From: Trypanosoma brucei
Taxonomy: Eukaryota
DNA length: 64,000 bases
NCBI GenBank assembly: GCA_000002445.1
Contig: CP000066.1
Location: forward strand, 1,344,001 to 1,408,000
Direction: 5' to 3'
The notes under the pieces were generated by a model, which saw only the letters and a list, made by a program, of their open reading frames with translations, was not told where the DNA came from and did not search any database. Positions 54,301-64,000 of this stretch are shown in pieces. The position numbers and the translations under genes are program-made. Each line of letters opens with the position of its first letter. Position 1 is the first letter of the stretch.

Positions 54301-54573
54301 GCAATCTGCCCCGTTGCTCCGCACAAACAGAGTGTGATGCAGCACTTGGGTGATATGAGGTCTGTATCTTCTAGAGTGCGCGGGAGGGAGTCCACTAGGA
54401 TGGGGTCGCAGAACATCTTAGGACGAGAAACTGTGCTAGGGACGAAGGGTAGGGCAGGATTAGGTCTTGTTGCAGAATCAAGTGCTTTGGGGCACCGGAC
54501 GCCGTGTGTTGTTCCTAATTGCGCGTGGTGCGCAGTTCAAAATGTAAAGGCAACAGTAAAAACGGCACGCTGA
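51382..54573 (+). CDS. Hypothetical protein of 1063 aa with an internal degenerate Arg/Asp/Ser-rich repeat region and coiled-coil segments.
   Basis: ATG start preceded by a ~180-nt polypyrimidine tract (50640-50820). Amino acids ~230-390 consist of ~38-aa degenerate repeats (APRDGSQSGRDDSRGSRRFRKRQSADDDSKPAREDDSG / APRDDSQSGRDGSRGPRSARNRQ...). The remainder has heptad-like segments and a Ser/Pro-rich C-terminus. Confidence 0.55.
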   Translation: MGTIEGTTVDFDPNPLQCPTKTILVGNEDATAGVLPRTSRHIDFTDDGKLFEGHFTLQASSLKSIIQVLADQQAEQRVIINDLQDQVNNLRQQTSKMRKSVPTLQLPASVGGSAKSFSKEYESLEQRVKSLEGFRSLWGARTEDVDGLISIYGDPVVTPDEYTTYIMNLQPFRVVRSEARHFVTSQAEQQKQAVRTVGGERNERTRGARSARLADPGDAADDGSRTPREGGSRAPRDGSQSGRDDSRGSRRFRKRQSADDDSKPAREDDSGAPRDDSQSGRDGSRGPRSARNRQAHDAERKSSRDDDSRTVRDDNNFANDDNRSGRDETRGRRRVREPQSNDDGTRSPIEESHANRDDTRPGRDDSRGSRRQRNRQSHEDDLKSFHEEDARTHRGGPRGARDRVTYGEHLDSRDGLRQDNIGDGDTISDLSKRLQLLEQRVRSVHGGHKNNAQGSASEQLSPTSDATGAKDLQAREDIEELSRFVAKRFKELERSIAKVQGGDLNVTAPKAGMGARKSETPPKRRERSPTVMSKGQTGAGGSGPGPSGAVESDLLQKAGKPREIAPSYTPVVDEVARDDAAAALEQVELLEKYVVRKLKELTPSLSKGVSDTHISSPPIGSTSTQPPERPSGESHVPRGADRSASEKVAVDQAAREDTSRLFELVHDLEDDWGKRWASLEERLRIIGRAAVNKGSVNAAAPGTIDRRAREDASISLMRVQQLEREISSFRRLLMKRNGAPMEVGLFEGRMQSGGASKLVVDARDQKEPNDNGCAGLGAVLEGADSQSRVLALEKEVESRMEEVNRALATLRTAQVGQDFPDLSFLGDDTGTRKSTAPSQIVISTREMDLAAAGNFRRPTPDTKTYAAMLVMSSYDPAQPFHGSYSNYDQGNPIVLRPPQMETFATPLVRREPQDNLTPRTRGEAGVAVGTPQHEKSPVNKAATQSGEAGLSPSGTGSCPIRMSGPAPHPPDGSAICPVAPHKQSVMQHLGDMRSVSSRVRGRESTRMGSQNILGRETVLGTKGRAGLGLVAESSALGHRTPCVVPNCAWCAVQNVKATVKTAR
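52080..52540 (+). repeat. Degenerate 114-bp (38-codon) tandem repeats of about 4 units inside the 51382-54573 CDS.
   Basis: gctcctcgtgatgggagtcagtctggtcgtgatgactcacgtgg at 52082 and gctcctcgcgatgatagccagtctggtcgtgatggctcgcgtgg at 52196, 114 nt apart. Further diverged copies follow. The repeats generate spurious long ORFs in other frames and on the opposite strand. Confidence 0.7.
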
Positions 54574-55309
54574 CCAAACAGCGCGTGACCAGTTTCAGTT
54601 ATTCCATTTATATGCGATCTATGTGCTTAGGAAGTGTGTATGCGTATGAAGTAACGGTTTGTTCGCTGCTCCCCTCTTCCGAAAATAAGGGACATGTTTC
54701 TTTTTACGTGTGCTCCTTTATGTATCTTTTACGCTGTAACGAATGTTAAGAGCCTTTTTTTTAAATATCCCGCGTAGTTTTTTTTTTTTTTTGGGGGGGG
54801 CAATGTGGGGCTAAACCCAAAGAAAAAGGAGGGAAGGGATTCAGACGGCCAATGCTATCCAATTGTTGAATTCTTTTTACGCCTCAGATGCTTGCGGAGA
54901 ATCGGGAGAGGGAAAATGGAGAAGGGATGTAAACAGATTGAGCGGAGGAAGAACATGACTTCGACAGGATCTCACTCTTGATGTTGCATTCCTCATATTT
55001 TTTTTGCTCTGCATGTTGAAATTACCGTCCGTTTTTTTTTTTCGATGCCCATTGTTTGGGGCCCGTTAATTCTTACTGTGCGCCGAGCGTATTTTCTTCA
55101 CCCAAACGTCTTCTTTTGTCTCTTCCCTTTTCTCTTTTTGTTTTATCGTCCATTCGTACTTACCACATCCACAGCCATCGTGTTAGAACGGTACAGTTTT
55201 TCGATAACCATACGTACAGTGAGAGACGCTTAGAGCAACTATCAATACAGTAGGGGAATAAAACTCCAGTAAAACAAGACCGCCCACTCACCCACCCACT
55301 AAGGAGATA

Positions 55310-56134
55310 ATGACAGTAATGGACGTGGATGCCACCGCCATCCCGGATATGATCGAGGCGCAGCTGACTCTTAGCTACAGCCGCCTCACACAACTAATTC
55401 GTCTGATTGTTGACCAGGGCAACGGCCATGATATGGACATTGGGAAGATTATGAATCGTCTAGATGCGCTTGCAAAGGAAAACGCAGAGCTTCGGAAGCG
55501 TGTGGACGAGCTCACAGAGACGACGATGCGCTGTGGAGGCGTCAACGAGGAGGTAGCAGTGTTGAAACGGGAAGTCGCCATTGTGCAGGAGCTCTGTACC
55601 GAGAATACGAAGAGGCTCACCAGCAGTGAAGGCATAAATGAGAGACGATTCGTTAAGTTGGAGGAAGCGGTAAGTACAGTATCGGACACAGGGACAACTG
55701 AAACCCAACGCTTGGACGGATGTATCACCGAGCTTCGATCGGAGAACTTGGAGATGAAGAAGGATGTTGGGTGCTTGAACGACTTCGTAGCCCTTTGGGA
55801 CGGTCATGTAGAGAAGATTCGAGCGCTGACCACACGTGACTCAGAGGGTAATTTGCAGCACGCAGCACATGAGAGGGCGAGATACCTTCACTCCCTTCCC
55901 CCATTCACTAAACTGTTTGAGGAGTTGGAGGTGATGCGGCAGCTGAATCGACATCAGACTACGGACTCACTCGCCGCAAAGGGTGTCGTAGGTGTGTTGA
56001 GGCGCTCAAGCGTCGGCGATATTGCGGGGAATACGGATCCCGCACCCAAATCACCATGCGTGGCGACCCCCGCTGCCGAAACAGAGTCGTGGAGAGAATC
56101 AATGCCACCATCGCTCAGTTGGACAAACGGCTAA
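55310..56134 (+). CDS. Hypothetical coiled-coil protein. It may be the N-terminal part of a longer protein continuing in the 56056-56961 ORF.
   Basis: 274-aa ORF with an ATG start. The heptad-rich segment NRLDALAKENAELRKRVDELTETT is one example. It terminates 79 nt after the next ORF begins in another frame. Confidence 0.45.
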   Translation: MTVMDVDATAIPDMIEAQLTLSYSRLTQLIRLIVDQGNGHDMDIGKIMNRLDALAKENAELRKRVDELTETTMRCGGVNEEVAVLKREVAIVQELCTENTKRLTSSEGINERRFVKLEEAVSTVSDTGTTETQRLDGCITELRSENLEMKKDVGCLNDFVALWDGHVEKIRALTTRDSEGNLQHAAHERARYLHSLPPFTKLFEELEVMRQLNRHQTTDSLAAKGVVGVLRRSSVGDIAGNTDPAPKSPCVATPAAETESWRESMPPSLSWTNG

Positions 56135-56961
56135 AGGCCCTGGAGACTGAGCGAGCGGAACGAGGTAATGAGGCGCATGGCGCGGCTGCATACAGTTCAC
56201 AGTTCTTCATGGAAAAGGACTCACGCAACGCTGTGCCTCCATTGGTGGAGGGTTTCATTCCCTCGAGGGCTGTTCTAACCGACATCGAAGATCGACTGTG
56301 TTACCTTGAAGCTGCACTCAAAACCGGTAATACCTTGCCATCCTCCCGACGTGTACCACGGTTGCCTGAGAGGGATCTTCCACCAATCGTGGGAGCACCA
56401 CACCCCCCCGGTGCAGCACCATTGCAGGGTGAAGCTGGGGGAGAACCTTCAACTTCCACAAGCAAAGAACGTCAGGCATCCGAGCGGGCTGCAAGCAACG
56501 GCACATCGAATGGGATACCTCCACCTATTCAAGGACATCGAGGGTGCGACGTCAGCAATCCCTCTGCAGGAAACTCATCAAGTGCTGGCGTAAGTCAAGG
56601 ACGGCACGCGGTGGATGACGGCAGTGTGTTGCGACAACGCGTCGACAAACTTGAAGAGAGGGCGTCTGTGCTGGAGAAAAAGAAAGCTGATCGGCGGGAG
56701 GTGCAGCAACTGGAGGAATTTGTAGAGGAATTAGCCAGGCGTTCGTTGGGGCCACTCCAAACTGGTCCAGTGCCTTCCAACATGCAAGAAAATGCGCAAT
56801 TGGGTTACTCAGATGACGTTCTCGGGATGGGGAGAGGCTCGCGAAAAGTGGGCACTGCTCCACTCATGCGCTCCGTATTTGTTGTTGGCATGGGTACACA
56901 GTTGAACGATTCGACGGGCAGCAAAACTTCCGCCACAGTCGCCAACCCCAGGCAACTTTAG
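56056..56961 (+). CDS. Hypothetical protein (coiled coil plus a Pro/Ser/Gly-rich region). It may be the C-terminal continuation of the 55310 ORF.
   Basis: 301-aa ORF. It begins with a heptad-like segment RVVERINATIAQLDKRLKALETERAE. It overlaps the upstream ORF by 79 nt on the same strand, which is unusual for trypanosomatid genes. Confidence 0.4.
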   Translation: MRGDPRCRNRVVERINATIAQLDKRLKALETERAERGNEAHGAAAYSSQFFMEKDSRNAVPPLVEGFIPSRAVLTDIEDRLCYLEAALKTGNTLPSSRRVPRLPERDLPPIVGAPHPPGAAPLQGEAGGEPSTSTSKERQASERAASNGTSNGIPPPIQGHRGCDVSNPSAGNSSSAGVSQGRHAVDDGSVLRQRVDKLEERASVLEKKKADRREVQQLEEFVEELARRSLGPLQTGPVPSNMQENAQLGYSDDVLGMGRGSRKVGTAPLMRSVFVVGMGTQLNDSTGSKTSATVANPRQL

Positions 56962-58255
56962 CTCTATGGGGAGCCGCACAATAGTATGTACGATGTTTTT
57001 TTTTTTTTCTCTCTTCTTCTGCACCCGTTTGTCTGGTACGGAGGAAGTAGGTATGTATTTTTCGTTTCATTCTCTTCTGTGGGTTTGCCGCCTTGTCATG
57101 TCTTTCGCATAACAATAAACCAAGAAAGAAAAGTTAACAAATACACGAGACTAGAAGAGTAAACAAACCAAAAAAAATAAATAATAGTTGACGCTTCCCC
57201 CATGGTATTGTTACTAAAAGACGTAGGGATGAGAGAAGAGTGAGTGGGTATTGGGAAAGGGGGAACACTTGGAGGAAGAAAAAAATAAAAACATGAGAAA
57301 TAAAAACGGGTTCGATCTAGTGTTAAATGAGTGAGGTTGTTTACTTGTTGTTTGTAAGCGTAGTGATAGCACTTTAGGACAAAGATTGCGCGTGCGTATC
57401 TGTATGTGAAGGGTTAGTGGGGTACAGTGAAGTGTTAATGGTTGTGGAAAAAAATGTATCACATCCATGTATATATGTGTAAGCGAATGCATTTGCCTCT
57501 ATTTGTCAGGTGTGGAAAGTGCCGCGTTCCGAAACAAGGCATTATATTTGTTCTTCCTCACACACCTTTATGTTGTTTTTTTTTCTATTGTTGTCAATCG
57601 TTGAAGCGACCGACCACATAAGTATGGGGAGGAACCGCGACTGCTTTGTTGAGAAGCCTAAGTTCTTGTGTTTCAGTGGGAAGAGGAAAATATATAGAGG
57701 AGATGCGACAGCATCAGGGTCGTCTCGTATGAACGGCAAAAGAGGATGGGGACAGCCCTTTGCTCTTTAAATTTTAATCCATATCTTGAACTAGGGCGGC
57801 AGTGGAACGAGATAAGCCGGAGGCCTCGACCTAAATAGTTTCGTTCTGCTGGTCGTCTGCATTTCACCGTTTCCCCCCTTTCGGAAGCAGCTTATTTGCC
57901 CTTACGTCAACAACCTTACTTTTGCTTGGTGCAATTGACAGCCGTGTTTACCGCCACACCGCTGCTTTGTGATGTACTTTTACTTACCCCACTTTGACAC
58001 TGTTATTGCCTTGTGCGGGGGCACTTTGTTGAGGTCGTGTGGGTCGGCGTAACTTTTCTTACCCTGTTTTAATTCGTTACAACATATAGTGCCATTCACT
58101 GGTTAAATCGTTTCCTCTTGCCGCTTGTATGGGGATAAGAAATAAAATTTATAAACTATTCCATTTTTTATTGCATTCCTTCAGATTGCTTATCGGGATA
58201 AGGGAACACAAACAACTTGCACACAATAGGGGGGGGGTGCTTTAACGAGGACATC

Positions 58256-59275
58256 ATGAAAACTATGCGTGCGGTTACGCTGAAGGCGTATGGCGCAGTC
58301 AACATGCTGGGAATTGGGCAGGTTCCCGAGCCAGCTTTCTCACGTCCAAACGATGTGCTGATCAAAGTCGTAGCTGCTGGTGTTAACCGTGCGGACATTT
58401 CGCAGCGTCGGGGCCATTACCCACCACCTCCAGGCGTTAGTGAGCTTTTGGGACTCGAAGTGTCTGGCGTGGTGCTGAGGGTTGGTAGCAACGTCAAGCG
58501 CTTCGGTGAAGGCGACCGTGTGATGGCGCTGCTGGCTGGCGGAGGGTATGCCGATCTCGTCGTTGCCCACGAGGGCTCAGTTATGAAAATACCGGATGAG
58601 TACTCGTTTGTCGAGGCTGCTGCAATTCCTGAAGGATTCCTTACTGCTTGGCAGCTGTTGAGACGTCACGGATCGCTAAAAAAGGGACAGTGTGTGCTTG
58701 TCCATGCTGGTGCCAGTGGCGTTGGTACCTCTCTCATGCAGTTGGCGGGTAAGTACTTCGGCGCGAAGGTCGTCGCTACCTGTTCCGAGGGTAAGGTGGA
58801 CTTTTGCAAGAAATTTGCGGATATCGTGGTTGACAGGTCTCCCGATGAAATGGGGAGGTGTTTTTGCCACAAAGTAAAAAGTGCTGTAGGAGACGACGCG
58901 GTGAATCTTGTCGTGGACCCGGTGGTGGGAGGTTCATACCTCAACGAGGATGGCATAGTGTTGGCCCAGGATGGCAAAATTGTAGTCATTGCCCTTATGG
59001 GTGGCTCCAAGGTTGAGTTGAACATCTCTACTCTGCTCCGAAAGCGGGGAACGATTGTTTTTTCAAAGCTTCGTGATCAGACAGATGAGTACAAAGCATC
59101 CCTGGTGGAGGAGTTTGAGAGGGAAGTGATTCCATACTTGAAGGACCGCATCATCACACCTATTGTGCAGCGGACCTTTGCGATGGAGGATGTAGCAGAA
59201 GCTCATGTTTTCATGGAGGGTAATATGACGAATGGAAAAGTTATATTGACAATGTGCGACTCTACAGGTGAGTGA
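58256..59275 (+). CDS. NADPH:quinone oxidoreductase / zeta-crystallin-like medium-chain dehydrogenase-reductase (MDR superfamily).
   Basis: MKTMRAVTLKAYG...VLIKVVAAGVNRADISQRRGHYPPPPG is a quinone oxidoreductase N-terminal pattern. The Rossmann motif is VLVHAGASGVGTSLMQLAG, and the protein ends ...GKVILT. The track start at 58217 is TTG; the first ATG is 58256. Confidence 0.85.
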   Translation: MKTMRAVTLKAYGAVNMLGIGQVPEPAFSRPNDVLIKVVAAGVNRADISQRRGHYPPPPGVSELLGLEVSGVVLRVGSNVKRFGEGDRVMALLAGGGYADLVVAHEGSVMKIPDEYSFVEAAAIPEGFLTAWQLLRRHGSLKKGQCVLVHAGASGVGTSLMQLAGKYFGAKVVATCSEGKVDFCKKFADIVVDRSPDEMGRCFCHKVKSAVGDDAVNLVVDPVVGGSYLNEDGIVLAQDGKIVVIALMGGSKVELNISTLLRKRGTIVFSKLRDQTDEYKASLVEEFEREVIPYLKDRIITPIVQRTFAMEDVAEAHVFMEGNMTNGKVILTMCDSTGE

Positions 59276-60021
59276 GCCCAGGAGCGGAGTGAAAATCTTA
59301 TTACCATGGTCGTGAACGAAGTGGGCTGTGGCTTCACCTGACATCGCTTCTGGGTGGTGCATCCCATTTTGGTTGAATGCAACTCTTTCTCTTTCTCTCT
59401 CTTTCTTGTGCATTTCCCCCCCCCCTCTGTGGTGTGTGTGTACTGAGCATTAGTGGGTTGACCACTCACATACCACCGACGGCTGTTGGGCGTTAACGCA
59501 CTTTTGTTAGTCATTTTAACCGGCTTCACTTTCATCTCAGTATGTCAGTGCGTGCCATAGGAGGCCAGAGTATGCTTTTTTTTGTTTCGGATTTCACAAC
59601 AAGAAGCTGGTGTGTATTTGAAAATGTAACGGTGACCACATACTGGATCATGCGCTATAAACACACGTACATTTTTTTATGTGTATTGGTGCTATTTTTT
59701 TCCGATTGTTTCAAGCTTATCGACATTTAAATTAGTGTTTGACATCGTCTTTCAACCCCCTACGATTTCGCGCGAACCCCCTCTCCCTCTGGTTGCAGTC
59801 GGAATGCTTCGTTTGGGCCAACGCGGATGCCGGCCAATGGTCTGCGCCCCGCAAGAGGGGGAAAAAAAATGATACTGTGCATCCCCTGTTTTTTGATATC
59901 GTCATGTCTCTATCTTTATCTTTCCCTGTTGTTTATTTCTTTATTGTTACTTACTATGTGATAACCATCGTTATGGGGAAGGAAGTGTAATGGTGGAGCC
60001 GTAGGAACTGTTTGCAGAGAA

Positions 60022-61722
60022 ATGTTCATTTATGTCCGCTGCTTACTCCGCATGGCCACATCAGGTGAACTAAAGTCACACTTATCGCGTCTTCGGGCTG
60101 CAGGTCGAGCTGGGGAGAGCCAAATTCGCCAGCGACGCGCTTTGCTTCGGGGGACGAGGCAGCGGCGACATCAGCAGGTCAGAGATGCCGGTTTGTCTTC
60201 TCGTCGTTCCACCTCCTCCACTGGGGCGGATTGTTCCAGTAAACTCCGTGACATGCTTCCGCGGAATGACTTGCTGGAGAGCGCCATTGCCTTGACCATA
60301 AGTGAAAACCGTGATGCGCGTACCGAGCTTGAATTCATGCGTCATTTTATGGTTGGTTCGCTCTTGTCGCTTGCGTCACCCGTTGGTATTTGGGATCCGT
60401 ACGACGTACAACCACAGGTGTTTGCGTTAGATAAGTACATTGCACTTCCTGTGTTTACATCGGTCGACTACCTGCGCCTGTTCTGCAGGCGCTTTCGATT
60501 TACTGTACGCGACCCCAGCGGAGTGCTGTGGGCTGATGGTCCCGCCGAAGCGGCAGAGGAGGAGCAGAACGGTGGGGCCGCCTGCACTTTGCCTCTTCCC
60601 GATGTCATGGCGAGCGAATGGTGGGCTCGGCACGTTCGGCGCCAGTCGTCAAATACGCTGTCTGGTGCAACCGAGATGTGTGCGACTCGGAGAGGGCCGT
60701 TATTGGCAGCGGCAGCTGTTCCTGTTGCCGAGGAGATTACGGCTGTTAACGAGCACAACCATCGTACTTGTTGTATGGGAGCTGATGAACTTTTTAACTA
60801 TTTGGAGTCCCAACCGGTGGAGACGGACGGGAAGGCACAAAATATGGGAAAGCGGCGCAAGAAAGGGAAAAAAGTATGTAGGGTGGGTATGCGCGGAAGA
60901 AAGGGAACGTTGGAGAGAAGGGATGTTCCAGGGGGCGAAGAAGCCACAGGAAACCGTTGCCGTGAGAACGAGGAGGCGATTGCAGCGTTTTGGGCGAAGG
61001 TGCGCAGCACGGCCCCCTTTCAGATCAAGCAGGCAACACCACTTCCTACATTTGGTCCTTTGCTCCACTCCTTCTTTGTTGGCTACTTTGCTGACACGGA
61101 AACTCTATTGCATAATGCCTCTATTGTTCCTGAGAAGGTGGACATTGTCCTTAACCCAGCGTCTCCCATTGAGTTTGTACTTGCGCGGGAGGCAACGGAC
61201 CGTGTACTGCAGAAGGATCAGCTTCTGCTGCTGGCTTATCGCCGGGTGGAACGGGAACTCTGCGGAGAGTTCCACCGTTTTTTCTGCCTTTTCGCACCAG
61301 AAGTGTTGTGGGCCCGGAGTGCCTGCGTCCCGTCCCCCGTTCCCGGGACTGATAAGGAAGTGGGGTATGAGGTGGTCATTTTAGTTCAAAGCGAGGACCC
61401 TGAATTTACGCTTTCATCGCTCCGCGCTGCGAAGGCGCGTTGTCTACTTATGGGCCATGCCGACTTGCATATATTGCCCTGGGCTGCCGCTGCCCCACAC
61501 GTTCAGGAGGCCTCCGTGGTATTTTACGAGCGCGCCGCATGCTCGAAGGGCGCCGGCTCCAGTAACCGCGGAGAGCTTGGAGTCTTTGAGCAACGGGGCC
61601 CTGTACAAACAATCAACGTGGCTCGACCAGCCGACAACTTCTTCCATGACCCAAGTGCCGCTTACACGGAAAGTCATGCCGTATTCACAGAGGAGTTGAA
61701 GGTGAGACGACGTATGCTCTAG
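60022..61722 (+). CDS. Hypothetical protein.
   Basis: 566-aa ORF with an ATG start on the PTU-consistent strand. An alternative ATG (MATSGE) lies at 60052. No recognisable catalytic motifs. The competing 60440..61384 frame is shorter. Confidence 0.45.
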   Translation: MFIYVRCLLRMATSGELKSHLSRLRAAGRAGESQIRQRRALLRGTRQRRHQQVRDAGLSSRRSTSSTGADCSSKLRDMLPRNDLLESAIALTISENRDARTELEFMRHFMVGSLLSLASPVGIWDPYDVQPQVFALDKYIALPVFTSVDYLRLFCRRFRFTVRDPSGVLWADGPAEAAEEEQNGGAACTLPLPDVMASEWWARHVRRQSSNTLSGATEMCATRRGPLLAAAAVPVAEEITAVNEHNHRTCCMGADELFNYLESQPVETDGKAQNMGKRRKKGKKVCRVGMRGRKGTLERRDVPGGEEATGNRCRENEEAIAAFWAKVRSTAPFQIKQATPLPTFGPLLHSFFVGYFADTETLLHNASIVPEKVDIVLNPASPIEFVLAREATDRVLQKDQLLLLAYRRVERELCGEFHRFFCLFAPEVLWARSACVPSPVPGTDKEVGYEVVILVQSEDPEFTLSSLRAAKARCLLMGHADLHILPWAAAAPHVQEASVVFYERAACSKGAGSSNRGELGVFEQRGPVQTINVARPADNFFHDPSAAYTESHAVFTEELKVRRRML

Positions 61723-62291
61723 CAAGAGGGTAATGTTTTGTTCCAAAGCATTGGCTGACGGTCGTTTACTGTCGGTCTTATATGAGAGATGCGACATCTG
61801 GAAATGCGTTTGGATGTTTCTGCACTTTCCTCTTCAATCACATAATTAATTTTTACGTGTTCTATCTAAGAGGTGGAAGGGGGGTTTGGTGAGTTGCTAT
61901 TTATTGTGTTATTGCAACTGCCTGTTCATGGAATGCTTCTTTTTCCTTTTTTGATGTATTCGCTTTCTGCCTGCGTTCATAAGTGTTTTTGGGTAGTTGG
62001 TGCCGTTATTGTTTATTTAGAGGAAGGCGCGTGAACTTACACATAATTGTACCCGTTAGTGAAGCCTTTTTTTTTCTTTTGCACAATTGGAGAAACCAAG
62101 AGGGAACGTTGGTAGTGATAGAAGGGAGTCGAAAAGAAGGGGACGAATAACTGTGAAATAGGAGAGTGCAGGCTCGTGTTGTGTCAACTACTCGCCGTTA
62201 ATTAAGCTATAGGGGTCTTGCTGTGGTTACAAGCAATTATATATTGCGTTGCATTGGTCTACTTTCACTACAGATCGCAGAGGCGAGACAA

Positions 62292-62873
62292 ATGGCGGAT
62301 AATGAAGAAGTGCCCCCTTCCGGTCCCCGGATGACTCGTGAGGAGACGGATGAACTCGTGCGGCGTCTGTACGACCAACAGATGGAACGCGCCGCCAGGC
62401 GTGAGGAGGAACGGCAGCGCCAACTCGCCAGGCCATTCTGCTCCAGTCGCCGGATAAAGAAGGATGAGGAGGAAAACCTTGTGCGCCGCATTTATGACGT
62501 GCAACGGGAGCGCTTTCAGCAGAGCAAGGAGGAGCGCGAACGACGATTGACACTCGAACTTCAAAGTAAGGACAAGAAGCTCCCCGAGTCGGAGATACAG
62601 GATCAGGTGGATCGCATCTACAATCAGGAGGTTGCTAAGAGTAAGGCACGCCGTGAGGAGCTACAAAAGCGGTACCTACCAGAGGTGCCTCCAAAGACAA
62701 TAGGCAAGAAGCAGCTAAAGGAGAGCGTTGAACGACTCTTTCGTGTTGACTACGTGAAACGGGATGAGGAACTCTTTAAGAAGCACGTGTACCCATACGA
62801 CCCACCAACGACGAAGATTTCCCGGACGGATGTGGAGGCGATGGCCAACCGTCTGTCGAGGAGGGGGTCATAA
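62292..62873 (+). CDS. Hypothetical charged coiled-coil protein with a thrice-repeated xVRRLYDxQxER-like motif.
   Basis: The track start at 62223 is GTG; the first ATG gives MADNEEVPPS at 62292. The repeated motifs are LVRRLYDQQMERAARREEERQRQL, LVRRIYDVQRERFQQSKEERERRL and VDRIYNQEVAKSKARREELQKRYL. Confidence 0.45.
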   Translation: MADNEEVPPSGPRMTREETDELVRRLYDQQMERAARREEERQRQLARPFCSSRRIKKDEEENLVRRIYDVQRERFQQSKEERERRLTLELQSKDKKLPESEIQDQVDRIYNQEVAKSKARREELQKRYLPEVPPKTIGKKQLKESVERLFRVDYVKRDEELFKKHVYPYDPPTTKISRTDVEAMANRLSRRGS

Positions 62874-63454
62874 TGAACGGAGGAACAAAACATCCCATCC
62901 CTTTCTTCCGGTCCGAGACATTTTAACAGCGCGGTTCCAAGGAGGGGAGAATGCTAGAGCAAACAACACAGCCGTTAACCAATAACAAATGTTGTGAATG
63001 TTTTTGTACCATATGAGGTGCAATCCCCAGTTTGGATGCGACACCATTATTTAAATTCTCCTTTTTTTGTTTTGTATCTTTCCCCACTTTTCCCTTCCTT
63101 CTCTTGTTTGTCGGCTTGCCGCTCGAGTCTACGTGTGGTGACGGACGGGTATACGTTGAGAAAACATATTTTTCAGGAGAGGAGGAGGGGAGAAGGGGGC
63201 TTGCGTGTTCTTTCTTTCTGAGTGTGTGTGGAATATGCACGCGTATAAAGAAGGCTTATGAGAGAAGAATTACGTGTGAATCTAGAGAGTAGAGTTGTAA
63301 CAATGGGCAAGTGAGTGCATGGCAAAGTACATTCCGACACCTTAAGGAGTCAGAAGGTCAGTGTTGGCAAAGTTTTATTTGAGTTTTGTCCATTTTCATC
63401 TCAAACCCATCACACTCTCCCCCTTTTTACTTTTATTGTTTCACCAACATGAAA

Positions 63455-63458
<4 letters not shown>

Positions 63459-63501
<43 letters not shown>

Positions 63502-63586
63502 ACACGATGTATATGGCACTAGGTGGGGTCTTGGTTTTGTCCCTTTGTTTGTTTGTTTGTTTGTTTGTGTGTGTGTTGTTGTTGTG
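63459..63586 (+). repeat. Compound microsatellite: (AT)20 at 63459-63498, then (TTTG)6-(TG)5-(TTG)3 at 63544-63586.
   Basis: Read directly. Similar (TA)n runs occur at 304-321, 37717-37739 and 50212-50235, all in intergenic/UTR spacers. Confidence 0.9.
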
Positions 63587-64000
63587 CGGTTGGACTGTTT
63601 GATGTGGGACGTCGTCGCCATAGAGGTTTTCCCTCCGAAACTTTTTTGTCTTGAATGTGTTTCATGTAGTCCACCTGTCTGTTGTTCCCGATCTGCACGA
63701 GCACGGTTGTGGGTACGGATTGTGTAGGGTGTGCCAAGGGGAATTGAAAAAAGAAAAGGATAATAAAATTTTATGTGGTGTGTATTTATGCGCTTTGCGT
63801 CGCATGCACGCAGACTTAGTGCCAGCATAACCGTTCTTCTGTTTTTGTTTTCCCCCCTGTTTCTGATTTCATACACATTTTTTTTTGTGCGGTACATGCA
63901 GTGTGGGTGTCGCGAGTAGAAAACCGAAGACGTGAAGTTACTCCTGCACGGCTGTACACGAAGTGTGTGATAGAAAGATAATTAGGGATACGTGGGTGAC

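Noticed and set aside
60440-61384. 314-aa plus-strand ORF overlapping 60022..61722 in another frame
   Set aside because: It is shorter than the 566-aa frame, Arg/Trp/Cys-rich and translation-shadow-like.
58217-62291. ORF-track start positions labelled M at 58217, 62223, 3927, 14348, 25473, 26788 and 28745
   Set aside because: The underlying codons are TTG or GTG, because the track uses bacterial alternative starts. Eukaryotic genes need ATG, so starts were moved to 58256, 62292, 3912, 14300, 25407, 26695 and 28739.
1-64000. Prokaryotic-style defence islands, CRISPR arrays, IS elements and operons
   Set aside because: The sequence is eukaryotic (kinetoplastid). There are no direct-repeat/spacer arrays, no transposase or integrase ORFs, and no RBS-spaced operon structure.

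Overview
This window reads as nuclear DNA from a kinetoplastid, most likely an African trypanosome of the Trypanosoma brucei group, not a prokaryote. The evidence is long intron-less ORFs densely packed on one strand per block, purine/pyrimidine-asymmetric intergenic tracts (polypyrimidine tracts upstream of each gene on the transcribed strand), (TA)n microsatellites in UTR-like spacers, and a gene content that includes dynamin-like protein, LETM1 and OvoA. Two polycistronic transcription units (PTUs) are present. A minus-strand PTU runs 510-29561: dynamin-like protein, LRR/TilB-like, GPDH-like, M1 aminopeptidase, GINS Sld5, lysophospholipid acyltransferase, USP5-like deubiquitinase, enoyl-CoA hydratase, MAP kinase kinase, NAP-family histone chaperone and COQ7. 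A plus-strand PTU runs 32060-62873: tRNA isopentenyltransferase, signal peptide peptidase, LETM1, OvoA (ovothiol biosynthesis), a 1594-aa kinesin with C-terminal zinc finger, a degenerate-repeat protein, a quinone oxidoreductase and several hypotheticals. The two units diverge from a ~2.5 kb GT-rich strand-switch region (29562-32059), the expected RNA Pol II start region. There are no prokaryotic defence, CRISPR or mobile-element features. The ORF track marks TTG/GTG codons as 'M' in several places, so starts were moved to the first plausible ATG. The most notable observations are (i) the LETM1 N-terminus, which is conserved but split across three reading frames at two CCCGG contexts, (ii) a possible third homopolymer-associated frameshift fusing two overlapping coiled-coil ORFs, (iii) a near-perfect 201-bp tandem duplication inside the kinesin gene, (iv) OvoA with the full DinB-like + FGE-sulfatase + methyltransferase architecture, and (v) the GT-rich divergent strand-switch region.
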